Shown here: one piece after another, positions 36,959 through 48,889 of the stretch
Position numbering within the stretch: position 1 is the stretch's first letter
Layout: each line of letters begins with the position of its first letter
Source of the DNA: Azolla caroliniana
Lineage: Eukaryota; Plantae; Polypodiophyta
Assembly (NCBI GenBank): GCA_043228905.1
Contig: JBHGNT010000011.1
Coordinates: 9,734,001 to 9,798,000, forward strand
DNA: 64,000 nucleotides
Direction of reading: 5' to 3'
The notes under the pieces: generated by a model
Databases searched by the model: none
The model's input: only the letters and a program-made list of their open reading frames with translations
What the model was told of the DNA's origin: nothing
Made by a program: the position numbers and the translations under genes

Positions 36959-37632
36959 CGTCGGCCTCTCTGCTTCTTCTTCTGCTTCTATCTCTCTCTC
37001 TCTCTCTCTCTCTGTGCGATGCCTCCTCCCCTGTTTCCAAAGAACTTGGAAAGAAGCCCAAAATTACTGCCCCAAGTTATTTAAGCTTACATTTTATTAT
37101 GTATTGTTTTGTTGACCCCCACACACACTACATGTAGAAAGAAAGAAATATTAACGTCTTTTAAGAGGCCAAAATGGCCTATAAGACCAAATAAGAGATT
37201 ACATCTTAAGTGTAGAGAAGAAATAAAGAAGCCATCATCAACATTACAGTACATACATACTTCCTATCATGACTCGTCATGTTGTCTCTCTGTCAAACCA
37301 ACTCTTAAGGATGCATGTTTGTTTCATAACCCCCCCACCCCCCCCCAAGCTAAGATCCCTCCGATTGGTGTCACAAGTTTTCTAGTGTCATAATTTGGAG
37401 ATTCGTTATTATACATGTTGTGTTGGGATCATGGGGAGCAGAAATGATGTTGTGCGAGTTGAGAGAGAGAGAGAAGTGTGTGTGTGTGTGAGTACAAGAA
37501 GACCATGAATATAGCAAAAGGATGTATTCTTGCATTGAGTCTCAAATGTAGTTAATGGACATACAATAGTAATATGGCTTTTATCCCTCAAATGTACATG
37601 CTAATTAGGGTTCATGTTGTAGTGTGTGTATG

Positions 37633-38091
37633 TAGCAATCAACAACGGTTCGGTTTTGAACTGAACTGAACCAAGAAATGGTCCAATGCGGTTCAATTTG
37701 AGCCTTTATCAGCTTAACGGTTTCTAGTTTAAATGGTTTAACGGTCTAGGGTTGAGGCTTCATTATTTTCTTTGATGTTTTCTTGAATATTTTTTTGAAC
37801 AACCTTTTAATTTTTAAGCCTAATTTTAGCATTTTAGGAAAAATCTTTAAATTTTGATAAATTAAAATTTGAATTTTGACCTAACTAGAAAACCAAAATC
37901 GAATTGTTAGACCGTGGTTTTAACAGTTTGAAAATCTCTAAAACTTGTTTGGTTTGAGCTTGGAATTTGTGTAATAGCTCATTTTAAACGGTTTTGTAGC
38001 TCAGTTCGGTTCAATTTAAGTTTTAGTTTTTTTTAACGGTTTGGTTTTAAATAGTTTGACTTTCACACTCTCAAACTATTGCCGATTGTTA
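37633..38091. mobile_element. hAT MITE copy 3, upstream of the zinc-finger gene
   Basis: TIRs TAGCAATCAACAACGGTT / ...TTGCCGATTGTTA. Perfect 8-bp TSD TGTGTATG (37625-37632, 38092-38099). Confidence 0.9.
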
Positions 38092-38479
38092 TGTGTATGG
38101 ACATAGAGTAGCCTGGTTTTTGCGACACAAAATCCCTAGTAAAAGACTACCATTTGATGCATGAAGTGCTTTAGTTGGGGCTCCCCATATGCACAAAAGC
38201 GGAAAGTGGGAAAGTATAGCCAACGTGGAGAATCCAATGTTTTTCACCCACTGGAGAGCCATTGCTATGAATGATGTTTTGGAAGGCTAAGAAATCTCAA
38301 GTCAAGTCCATTCAATCGTTTTCGTGTTAGAACTAGAATTCATTTAGACTTAATGGCTCTAGTTCAAAATGGTAGATGCATAAATCCAAACTGAGGTGGT
38401 TGAAGAGGTTGCATCAAGGTGTCAAACATTGGTGATGCATTGACATGTGAAGCGCTAGTGTACCTCTATATCCTTGGTC

Positions 38480-39010
38480 TTCATATGCAAGACCAAGTGT
38501 TTTGCTAGTTGGATCATACTTTGCCTATCATAGTAGAGGAGAAGGGGTTGACCATGTGTTGTGGCAAGCCAATGTAGTTAGATGGATTCCTTACTAGGCT
38601 TTTGAGGCTGCAATATATTCGACTTCGTTGTTGATAGCACCATCCACTCTGATAACTTTGATATCCATGAGATCGATCCTTTTGCATTTGTATCAACATA
38701 CCCTAATGTCGATTTCTGGGTGTTACTGCATCCAACATAGTCTAGGTTTGTGTAGCTAGGGATTTGTCTCTTTCCTTTTAGACCACATATCAACTATTGA
38801 TTGGTTGTCCCCTTAATGTATTATAACATGTGCCTTAACTACTTCCCAACGACGTCTTTCAAGGTTGAATATTAACTTGTCGGCCAGATACATTGCATAT
38901 GTCAAGGCAGTTCTAGTCATGACCATCGTGTACATGAAGCTACCACCAACTAACATGTAGGGTTTTTTTATGAGCAAAACCACAACAAACGACATGGTAT
39001 AATCGACCAT
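38480..39010 (-). mobile_element. Highly decayed Ty1/copia RT-RNase H fragment
   Basis: PYMLVGGSFMYTMVMTR, WEVVK, YTNLDYVGCSNTQKSTLGY, ISWISKL and VLSTTKS match the copia RT end and RNase H start. Confidence 0.75.
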
Positions 39011-39653
39011 AGTTCTCTAACCTGAAGATTAGTAAGCATGGGATAACTCATAAGGACTAAAGGGTAAGGATGAATTACTCTCAATCCTATGGTGAGAGAA
39101 ACTTTTGAGTGTTTCATCACTTGACCACTTCTAATGAAGTAGTCAAGTGTGAATAGACAATGACCTAGGGTTTGAGGCTATAAAAGAGGGCAAGCTACCT
39201 TCACGAAAGGGATAAGAGTTATTAGGTTTAGGCAAGATAAACCCATAATTGGGCAGGATGCATGATAATTTGTGTGCTTCAACAAACTCTAAAATTAATT
39301 GACATCAAGCCTCAACTACATCACCCACCTCTTTGACCCCTAAATGAAACAAGGGATTAAATTCAGAGCACAATCTCTCCTTTCCAGGCCAATGTAATAA
39401 CTCTTTTTGCGAAGAATTACAATGATCTCCTTTCCTAGCTAATGGTTTCCATAGAAATGATGAGTGCGCTTCATGCCATGAGATAACCTAGTGTAATCTT
39501 AAGTGGAATATATCCATTCAATAATTGTCACCATGATGCATTAATTATTTTCTTCCCAATGATGTGTTATACCCCCCCCCCCCCACCCCCCCTCTCTCTC
39601 CCCATGTGCTAACATGTTTCAGATGTATTCTTCTCGTAGGGTTTTGTCCTACA

Positions 39654-40060
39654 ATGGCAAACACTCGTAAGGCGGCCACAAAATCCGGGAGTATGATCAA
39701 TAATGATCCATGATTACCAACTATTCTTGATGCCAATGCAATAAACTCGGTCACAATGGACAAAATGATTATAAGTCACTTGATTTCTCTTCCAGAAACC
39801 ATAAACAAGCAAGGTGAAGAGATTAGAACACTAATGAAAGAGAATGCTAAGCTCCAAATTGTTGTCATTGAGAATGAAAGTCTTAAGAAAATGGTTGCAA
39901 AACATGAAGATGAGATTCAAGAATGTAAGAGAACTTCATTCGAAATAAATGAGTGCCTTAACAAGATGCAATGTTGGAATCAAAATATGTGGAAGATCAA
40001 GGGGGAGGAGAAAGAGAGAGTGGCAGGGGAAGAGTAAAAGGAAAAGTCACAATAGACCAC
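39654..40060 (+). pseudogene. Coiled-coil ORF remnant, probably LINE ORF1
   Basis: MANTRKAATK...* then a heptad-rich segment (TINKQGEEIRTLMKENAKLQ). Assignment is by inference only. Confidence 0.4.
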
Positions 40061-41241
40061 ACCAATACGACCCTTGAGAGCGTCCTTCAAAATTGGCAGC
40101 TCTTCCAGGAGGCAACATATCAGATTGTAATGCCTTGTGAATGAACCCACTAGATCACTCACTTTATTCAACTGCACTCTCACATACATCATATGCATTC
40201 TTATTCGAACTCGTATATAAGGAGATGGAAAGGATGTGGGAATAAATCAATCAAGGAGAAAAAACTTTGGTTTCTTATCCCTTATGTGGAAGGTTATGTG
40301 GAAGGTGTCTCATTCATTGAGGTCAAAATCAAGGCTTCAAGCCAGAGTTTGGTAGAGATAAAGTGACATTCATACGATTGAATATTAGGGTTTGACTTAC
40401 TTAGCCATAATTGCTCCTAGACTCAAACGAAAGATTAATGGCATGGAATGAGGGCTCTAAATCACCAAGTGAAAGAAGAAAATTCAAGAATGGAGAAGAG
40501 GTACAAAAGTCACCATGGTCTAGCTTTTATAGCTTTTTACAAATGGGATGGGTTCCTTTTAGATTACGGTGCCCATTGGCTACAAAGATTTCAATTGAGA
40601 TTTCTCTATCTCGTGTTTCTTAATGTCTTGTTGAGCTCCACGTCTCTTGTTGGTGCCATTGTCTTCACAACCTGTGTCTCGGGTGGTAGATACTTAACAT
40701 CCCCCACAACGTAATAATTGCACACTCCTAGGTGCATAGTATTGGGGGGTGTGTCTTGGGTTGAGATGGTGTCGCGAAGATTTTCACGGAAGTCTTGTTT
40801 GGGCGGGACCATAGGGTCATGGACTAGGGAATTGGAGATGGGGCAAAAGAACTTGCACCTCGTCGAGCTTTCGACTTGTCTAGTGTTCGGCTCGTCGGAT
40901 ATTCACTCTCCGGATGATCACTCTTTGAATATTCATTCTTAGAATGTTCACTCTATGAATGCTCACTCTACAAGTGTTCACTCTTCGAATGTACAATCCG
41001 ATGGTTAACACGTTGTCTTGAAGATTTTTAGCAATGGTGTGAAAATCACATAAAACATATGAAATTGAGTGTGATTCATATAAAACAATAATAATGAAGA
41101 TACTAATTTATAGTAAGTTTAATATCTTAATACAAAAAGATAGAGGTCTTGAAGAGCTTTTGGATGCACTTTACTACATAAGAAACGAACATCTAAGTGT
41201 CAACTTATGTGGGTAAGAAGTTTGCAAAGACGAAGAGAAAA

Positions 41242-41514
41242 ATAAAGTTGTGAGATATCCCACATAGATAGGAAATAAGGATCTCACCATATATAAGGTA
41301 GAGCAAAAGCTATTATCTTTGTGTCTATGTGTATAAAGTTGTGAGATATCCCACATAGATAGGAAATAAGGATCTCACCATATATAAGGTAGAGCAAAAG
41401 CTATTATCTTTGTGTCTATGTGTATAAAGTTGTGAGATATCCCACATAGATAGGAAATAAGGATCTCACCATATATAAGGTAGAGCAAAAACTATTATCT
41501 TTGTGTCTATGTGT
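41242..41514. repeat. 91-bp tandem repeat, 3 near-identical copies
   Basis: ataaagttgtgagatatcccacatagatagg...gtgtctatgtgt at 41242, 41333 and 41424, with no spacers. Confidence 0.93.
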
Positions 41515-41602
41515 GGAGCATAGAGACTTTAAGGTGACTTGAACTAAGCTATTGGATGAATGGGTGTGGCTTGGCTACTTGCAAAAGTTTTGGCCAACCA
41601 AA

Positions 41603-41892
41603 ACTAGACCGACGATGGAGCGAGTGAGTCGGCAACCGGTAATGTAACCGGCATCCGGCGTCCGGCGACGGGCAACGTAACCGACATCTGGCGTCCGGCG
41701 ACGGGCAACGTAACCGGCATCTGGCGTCCGATGACAGAACCAGGATCCGTTGTTCGGCGACGAAACCGGACGGTAACCGGCATCCGGCGACCGAACAATA
41801 ATTGACATCCGGCAACCGCCGAATGGCAACCGATGACGGAACCGGGATCCGACGTCCGAACGGTAACCGACATGCGGCAACTGGCGACTAGA
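41603..41892. repeat. GC-rich CCGG-based minisatellite (33-bp core) inside the solo LTR
   Basis: taaccggcatccggcgtccggcgacgggcaacg in ~2.6 copies plus degenerate units. Bounded by ACTAGA at both ends. Confidence 0.8.
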
Positions 41893-43747
41893 TGGATAAA
41901 TAAATAAATAAATATTTATACAATTACACAAGGAAGGATAGTAAGGATTTGAACCTTGCACCTCCAAGTTGAGAGTCAATAAGCTTACCACTAAGCCAAC
42001 ACATTTTCTTAGAATTATATTTTTATCATTGTAACTTTACATGTAAATTCTCATACATGAGAGCTAAAATGAGTGACATGGATATCATGCACCACATGTA
42101 ATACATGAGCGCCAAATGGCAAACATGCATCTTATGCATGTCTTCTACCCTTAAATGCATGAGGGCATCTATAAAAGAGGGGAGGAATCAAGTAAAATTT
42201 TTGGGGGGATTTTTATCAAGCAAGCTTTGTACTTTATATCAAAATTAATATTAAGAAGAAATTCGTTATCCAATTGATGTATTAATCTTGTTCTTCAAAT
42301 CTAAAATCAAGAGTTCAATCTTAATCTCCCTCTCAATCTAAAATCAAGCGTTCTATCTTGTCTCAATCTCTCTTAAATACTTTCTCGCTAAATCTAGCGT
42401 AAACTTCAAATCCTTCCGGTCCAGAACCCCAACGATTCCGCCTCATGATCTGTGCGTAGTGACGGATCTTCACGACAACGTGAATAACAAATTATACATG
42501 AGATTGAGGCTAAATATGGTAAGCACTTGCACTCAACCCTTTTTTGGTAGACTCCACCCAGTCCATTAAATCTTTCTTCGTCATCTTGGATGAGTTATCG
42601 AACCCATATTCTTCAAGTAAACTTCGTTCAAAAGATGTCATTCCAGATTCACAACCTGTTGCTCTAGGATTCAAGAGTAAAGTCTTGAAGTCACAACCCT
42701 CACGAAGCCTGTGATTTCTCACCATGGGGATACCTTTTATCTGTATTTCAATCTTGTAGACTTCAAGGTATCACATCACATCTTTCTCGTCAGAGCACCC
42801 ATTGATGTCTATGATACTATTGATGGCCATGCCAAGGCTTGTGATATTATCTCTTTCTTGAAGCATTTGGTCCATCATCCTAGCCATTGATTGGGCTAGA
42901 TTATCACTAGAGACTCTGATATTCGAAGTCCAAGTCATGTTCCGCTGCCACTCTTTCACGTCGAGCTCACCAAAGATGTCGCGTAAAACCCGCATGTGTG
43001 TGCTACTTGAGTGGGACCACATGGGTCTTGGACTAGGGAGTTGACGGTGTCGTGAAGATTTGTGCGGATGTCTCATTTGGGTGGGATCTAGGGAATTGGA
43101 GATGGGGCAAAAGAGCTTGCACCTCGTTGAGTGTTCTACTTGTCAATCTTTTGGCTCACTCTTCTGATGTTCACACTCTTCGGATGTTCACATTCTTTGG
43201 ATGTTCACTCTATGGATGTTCACTCTAAGGATGTTCACTCTTCCAATGTTCACTCTACGAATGTTCACTCTTCGAATAAGCTAGGGTTTTAGGTGTGATT
43301 ATCACAATATGATGGTTAACACGTGAATAACAGATTATAAATGAGAGTGAGGCAAAATATGGGAAGCATGTATGAGATATGATACACAAAATCAGTTTTT
43401 TACATCAATTCAGGGTAATACCATGTTTCAGTGGTTTTTATAAAGCTATGATTAAGAACGAAAGGGAAAGTAATTCCCATGATAATGATCTGCAAGTGAA
43501 GAATTTGTAGGAGTATCGGAGATGAGAATCCTTGAGTTTCGGTGTGAAGAATGATTTTCGGCTTCATTGCCTCTTTCGATCTTGAACAAGCACACTCTCT
43601 TGGTTGAATTCCCTTCTAGCTCTTCCCTCTTTCCAGTTTGACATCGCTTCCGCCTCCTTTCTTCCTTTCTTCCCCCTTACACAAGCCCTACTACGGGGTT
43701 TTATAGATTTTCCCAACTCATGTAACCATGGTTATTAAAAGGTAACT

Positions 43748-44133
43748 ATGGTTAGAGTTAAATTGGACACGATGAGGCGAGATGTAAGTGAGATGAAAAT
43801 TGTATGCCTAACGAAGTCATGGGCCGATTTATGTGGTGGGGATGTGGTATCCAACTCATCTATTATGCATTTGATGAATCAAGAGAAGAATATAGAAAGC
43901 GTAGATGTCCGAGAATTGAAAGAATGGGAACGGAGATCAAAAGAACATTGTCATCCGTGGGATTAAGGAGGAGAGTATGGAAACACCCGCATCCCTCGGA
44001 AAGACCATTGGTGATATCTTTAGCCTGCATTATGGCATGTCAGATGTGAATGTATATAGGGCACATTGAGTTGGGAAACAAGATGTTACTCACTCTGGAG
44101 AAAGTACTATTGTATGCACAATCAAGGATGATA
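43748..44133 (+). mobile_element. LINE ORF1-like remnant, interrupted by the copia LTR
   Basis: KSWADL...VRELKEWERRSK then, after a frameshift, NIVIRGIKEE, a common LINE ORF1 motif. Confidence 0.55.
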
Positions 44134-45965
44134 TGTGACAAGCTCAACATTGGCCAATCGACTGAAGAAGCTGAAAGACGGATCAGATATAGGCCGATTG
44201 ACTAGGCCCGGATCGGTTGAAGAAGCCGTAAGCCAAATCAGCTGGCCGGGTCAACTAGAGGCCGATTGGCCATTAGTAGCTATATACCTATTTGAGTAAA
44301 TAGATATACTGTAGGAAATTAGTGTCAATGGTTCATTCATGAGCATTGAAGTACTTGTCAGTACTTCAGTCAACAGATTGTCAGAGGGGCTTGTATAAAG
44401 AGTGCTCACTAAGCACATTTTGATGTACAGAGCATTATTATTTTGAATAGAATTTTGTGTTGTTTGGTCTCTCTATCTCTCTCTCAGTTCTTGAACATTG
44501 AGAGTCGCTACTCACTTTCGCATGTATCACATGAAATGTAATATTTTTGGTCTCATCAATCATATTTGAACTCTGAAGACGATAATATAATCTATCTATC
44601 TATCTATCTTATCTCTATGTTTACCTAACTGTGTGCTATCGTCTATCAGAGCCAACTATGTCTGTTGATTAGCTTCCACATTTATCTCTTTTCATGGTAT
44701 TAGCGCGCGAGTGTTGAAGAATCCTTTGTAGCCGACGAGCGCTTCCAACATAGACAAACTTTTGATCTCCGAACAAAGATTCACAGGAACATGGACAGAG
44801 TAATGGGCAACTCCCTTCTGTCAAAGAAGCTTGATAGGAGAAACTATGCATCTTGGGCATACAAGATGCACCAATACCTGCTTAGACACGGGTACTAGAG
44901 CTATGTCGAAGGAGCTAACGATGCAACACCAGAGTTGACACACAGACTTTCCAGCCTACGAGTAGGCGGCGAGCATAGTCTTGTATTGCTTCACATCCTG
45001 TGTGAACGGCCAACTACTCGGCTATATCCAGGACACCAAAGGATGCTTGGGCGAATCTGAAGAGGATTTATGCAACAAGCACAACGGCCAGGAAGTTGTA
45101 GCTCAGATAGGAGCTAAACAACATCTGATAGAGAAACTTGTCGGTGGCTGATTACACCTCCAAGATCAAGGAGATCTATGATTCTCTTGGGTTTATCAAC
45201 ATGATGGTTGAAGAGGACGAGATGGTGCAGGTCTACCTCGGAGGTCTAGTGCAGAAGTTTGGATCATTCCGAATGGCAATTTGCATGCGGGAGAAAACAT
45301 CGTCATTCGAATTGTAGTCGATGCTTCTCATCAAAGAAAACCATGTGGGTGTGTCAACGAGTATGCACGCTGACAGAAATATGTTGTAGATGGAGGCAGA
45401 TAGGCCATGACATCATGGTGAATGAGGCGGATCAACACACAATGGAGGCGGCTGATAGAGGAAGTGCCTACAGTAGTGGACCTTCCACAAGTAGGGGGGG
45501 TCGAGGTGGAGATAGAAGCCGACAAGGAAAACCGATCGATTGTTGGTATTGTGGCCGAAAGGGTCATAAGGAGAGAGTGTTGGAAGAAATAGGCTGATTC
45601 AGACAAAACCGGATTAAGAAGAGTAGACTCTGAGACATGGTAGAGATCGCATTATGCCGAGGGCTCAGGGTAGATCGGAACGGGCCCTGCATTTGTGATA
45701 CGCACAAGGCAAATTCGATGTGGCGAGCACCTCGAAGTTGAACGAGGTGTGGTACATGGATTCTGGAGCATCCAACCACATGACGAACCACAAAAGAGTG
45801 GTTCTCGACTTTGGAGAAGCTGGAACAGCCGTGGGTTGTCGACACCGGCAACTACACCCCTCTCCCCATGAAACATGTTGGAGACATCCGTTTGAGCCAA
45901 GTCGGCCAAAGAGGAATCATGAGGAATATCCGACATGTCCCGACAATCACCAAAAACCTTGTGTT
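44134..45965 (+). mobile_element. Decayed Ty1/copia 5' part (LTR 44134-44694, PBS, gag, protease)
   Basis: TG...CA LTR, then degenerate PBS TGGTATTAGCGC. CWYCGRKGH knuckle and VWYMDSGASNHMT protease. Cut off at KNLV by Ty3-A. Confidence 0.8.
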
Positions 45966-47274
45966 TGTTGCCGAGCCGGTGAAGCTGTGACGGAAGTAGA
46001 GGACAGAAGAAAGAGATTTGGAGTTTAGAAGTGGTGTGAAAGCAAAAAAGATATTATAGAAAATAAAGTAAATTGAAACGTTGTAATAAGAATAGATATT
46101 ATGAGGTGCCGAATACGGAAGGATGTACCGATCCGAGTGAACACCATTTTGTATCAGAACCGGATACCTATATAAGGGGTCCGGATTGTATTCCGAAAGG
46201 GGAATACATTGTGTTTGCGACTAAGTCTTAGTCCGGGATAAACACAAATTTGGCAGCCATGATTTCTACACAAAGCAGTGATTGATGGAGGATGGATGTC
46301 ATCTAGACAAAACAACGACCCAATAACCAAACGAGCGAAAAGACTAGCCGATAGGCTACAGAGACGGGAGGAATACCAACAGGCAACCGAAGAGATTTGA
46401 TAGGACTGATCTTTCCCTAGAATGCTTCGGAGGGTAGTGGAAGAAACAATTTGCATACAAAATCAACGTCGTTTAGATGATGAAAGGAGTATAACTAACA
46501 TTGCCGATGCCGAATCCACACTGCAAAACTTAGCAACAGAAGCGGGGGACTTGACCGCCTTTTCGGCATTAGAATCGGAATCAAAATGACACGAACGACG
46601 AGCGGAGTGCCAAGTCCAGTTATCATTCCAGTCACGGCACCCTGGAGGAGCCGGAGGAGGAGGTGTTAGAATAGACACCACCAGTAGACGAGGACATTAA
46701 TACACCAACACCACTAGAGGAATTGGGGACAGAGGTGCCGACACTACTGATAGAGGAAGCAGTTCTGGTACAAACACCGCCGGCTACGACACAACGTGTC
46801 GACGAAGAAGACACGATGTTGTATCCTTACCCGAAATACAACAATGAACCAGATGCAAAAGCCCATGTAAGAGCATTTCTAATGACATGGCAAGAAAATC
46901 ATGTCTCACCGTGACTTTCAGAGGAAAAAACGGAAAAATAAAAAATTGCAAAATTCGGTTTAGTGCCGGAGGGACAGGCCGCGTATTGGTGCTCCCAACA
47001 TAAACCGGAAGATTTTGCCACATTCCAACAACTGAGGGACAAATTTGTTTGACTATTCCACTGCCAAGTTGCCCAGAGAGAGCTAATTGGCCAATTCTAC
47101 ACAACCTATCAAGAGGCGAATGAGACGGTGCCATAGTTTATTATTCGATTCCAAAATCTACACAAACAACTTACGTGGTCACCATTAGAGGAAGAAGTGA
47201 AGGAAATATTTTTGACATCTCTACAGGAGCCACTGTAGACGACATTGGTGTCCTAGATTTTAGGACAAGTACTA

Positions 47275-47377
47275 TTACGGGCATGACCATATAATATCCC
47301 ATAGTATTCTATACACATATCCACATGTATAGAATACTATGGTAAATTCTCAGGATATTATATGGTCATGCCCGTAA
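47275..47377. mobile_element. 103-bp foldback mini-MITE, Mutator-like
   Basis: Perfect 25-bp TIR TTACGGGCATGACCATATAATATCC and an inner 17-bp inverted repeat. 9-bp TSD CAAGTAC(T/C)A. Removing the element restores the gag motif RTSTIDQ. Confidence 0.85.
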
Positions 47378-48889
47378 CAAGTACCATCGACCAAGTCATT
47401 GATAGGTTGCTCGATATGGATCGGGCACAAAATAGAAATAGCATGACGATGGGAACACTACAAAGAGCCCTGCAGAAGGAGGAAGATCTCATATTCCGGC
47501 AAGCGATGTAGTGCACAATGTGCCTCAACCCTAACCACTCTCTACACTTGAATGCACAATGAGGACACATTGTGCTCTATGCCATTCAACACGCTAGATT
47601 GGTGTGAGTATAATCTGTTGAATAGACCGGCAACACTAGTACGACAAATCGAGCCCCGCGATGAACGACAACTAGAAGAAGATCGATTCCGACCAGACAC
47701 CCGTTTCCAGCAAGATGACCGGTATGGATTGGATGGAAGATTTCGGTACGAGGACAGACAAAGGATAGAAGATTACCAACGGGACAAATACGATCGAGAT
47801 TACTCTCCAGACTACGATCGGAATAGAAGAACAGAACAAAGATATTCTAACCGGTATGGGTACAACAATCAACGTCAGAATTATGACCCCCGACATGGCA
47901 AACTCAATCGTCCGAGCGACCACCATGATCTCCTGCAGGATTACTGACAAGCCCCAAAGGCCAAAGAAACAGTGCAGGATGACAAGACATTTCGACCAAA
48001 TTCATAGAGAACGGAGGAACTGGTGTGGATAGTTCCCAGAACGCAACCAATAGTAGCAGAAAAAGGAGAACTGAGTGGAACATGAAAACTGTACTACTAT
48101 TTTTGCTGGCAAGATGGACATTAGAGTAGCCAATGTCTAGTCAAAGCAAAAGACAAACAATTGGTAGTGAACATGGTAACAACAAAGGTGGCCGGTGTGC
48201 AGTAGCAAGTAACCACATGATCAAAAGGAAAGACTATAGAATGGGAAGCCTAGGAAGCGGTAAGGAAGACAACCCAAGAATGGGTGGAAAAAGCTAATCA
48301 ACAAAACTGGTGAAAAAACCGCGTCGGAGGACGAATCACATAGTGACTGAGGATCCGACATGGCTTGATCTCGCCAATTGTCAAATTCAGATACCTTTAG
48401 CCAGACTTTTACAATTGGTACCCCGATTCAGTGATGCAATTATGGCTACGCAGAAGAAGGAAACGCTAATCGCAGCCCCAGTACAATTTACCAATCCAAG
48501 TGAGGGACCCGCGGTAATGGACAAACAGAATCCGGTGGTGACGGTAATCATCAAGGGAAAAGTGTTACTCGGCTGGCAAAGGAGCTAAGGACGCCGAGAC
48601 CAGGGTGTGAAAAGGAGAATTATTAATTGGGAATCTGTTGTAATTATTAGTCTTAATATATTAATATATGAGAAGATGTGGACGGACCGATCAAATCGGT
48701 ATGCCGATTCGGATCCGGACCGATCCCGAATAGGTGCCGGTTGGCACCATTTTGTACTTCGCACCGGTGACCTATATAAAGGCCCGGTTACAATGTAGTC
48801 ATTAACGGAGAGTAATATAAACCTTTTGTTTAATCATTGAGTATTGTTCACCGTTCTGTGCTTATTGTATATCTTACGCGTGTTAATGA

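Larger units (their letters stand above)
41014..42477 (+). mobile_element. Solo LTR (1464 bp), Ty3-type, related to the Ty3-C LTR
   Basis: Inverted termini TGTCTTGAAG / CTTCACGACA. TSD ACGT (41010-41013, 42478-42481). The uninterrupted site gatggttaacacgtgaataac is visible in the paralogous segment at 43311. The 3' end resembles the Ty3-C LTR end. Confidence 0.82.
40600..43380 (-). mobile_element. Two head-to-tail decayed Ty3 leader/gag-like segments, each with a 15-bp tandem array, split by a solo LTR
   Basis: 40600-41013 plus 42482-42530 aligns with 43030-43380. 42510-43076 translates EKDVM*YLEVYKIEIQIKGI and FERSLLEEYGFDNSSKMTKKDLMDWVES, similar to the Ty3-D gag at 62832. Confidence 0.6.

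Noticed and set aside
36561-37115. 184-aa plus-strand ORF
   Set aside because: It is antisense to exon 1 of the zinc-finger gene and runs through CT microsatellite and low-complexity sequence.
31856-38091. Composite hAT transposon carrying the zinc-finger gene
   Set aside because: Each MITE has its own TSD and no shared outer TSD exists.
41242-41514. CRISPR-like array
   Set aside because: The units are contiguous and near-identical with no unique spacers, there are no cas genes, and the context is a eukaryotic LTR.
41941-42000. Functional tRNA genes here and at 15535, 24371 and 59526
   Set aside because: No acceptor stem and no canonical anticodon arm can be formed. Kept only as tRNA-derived modules.
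43165-43277. CRISPR-like repeat with variable spacers
   Set aside because: The 11-nt core and 4-nt variable part are far too short. It is a minisatellite.
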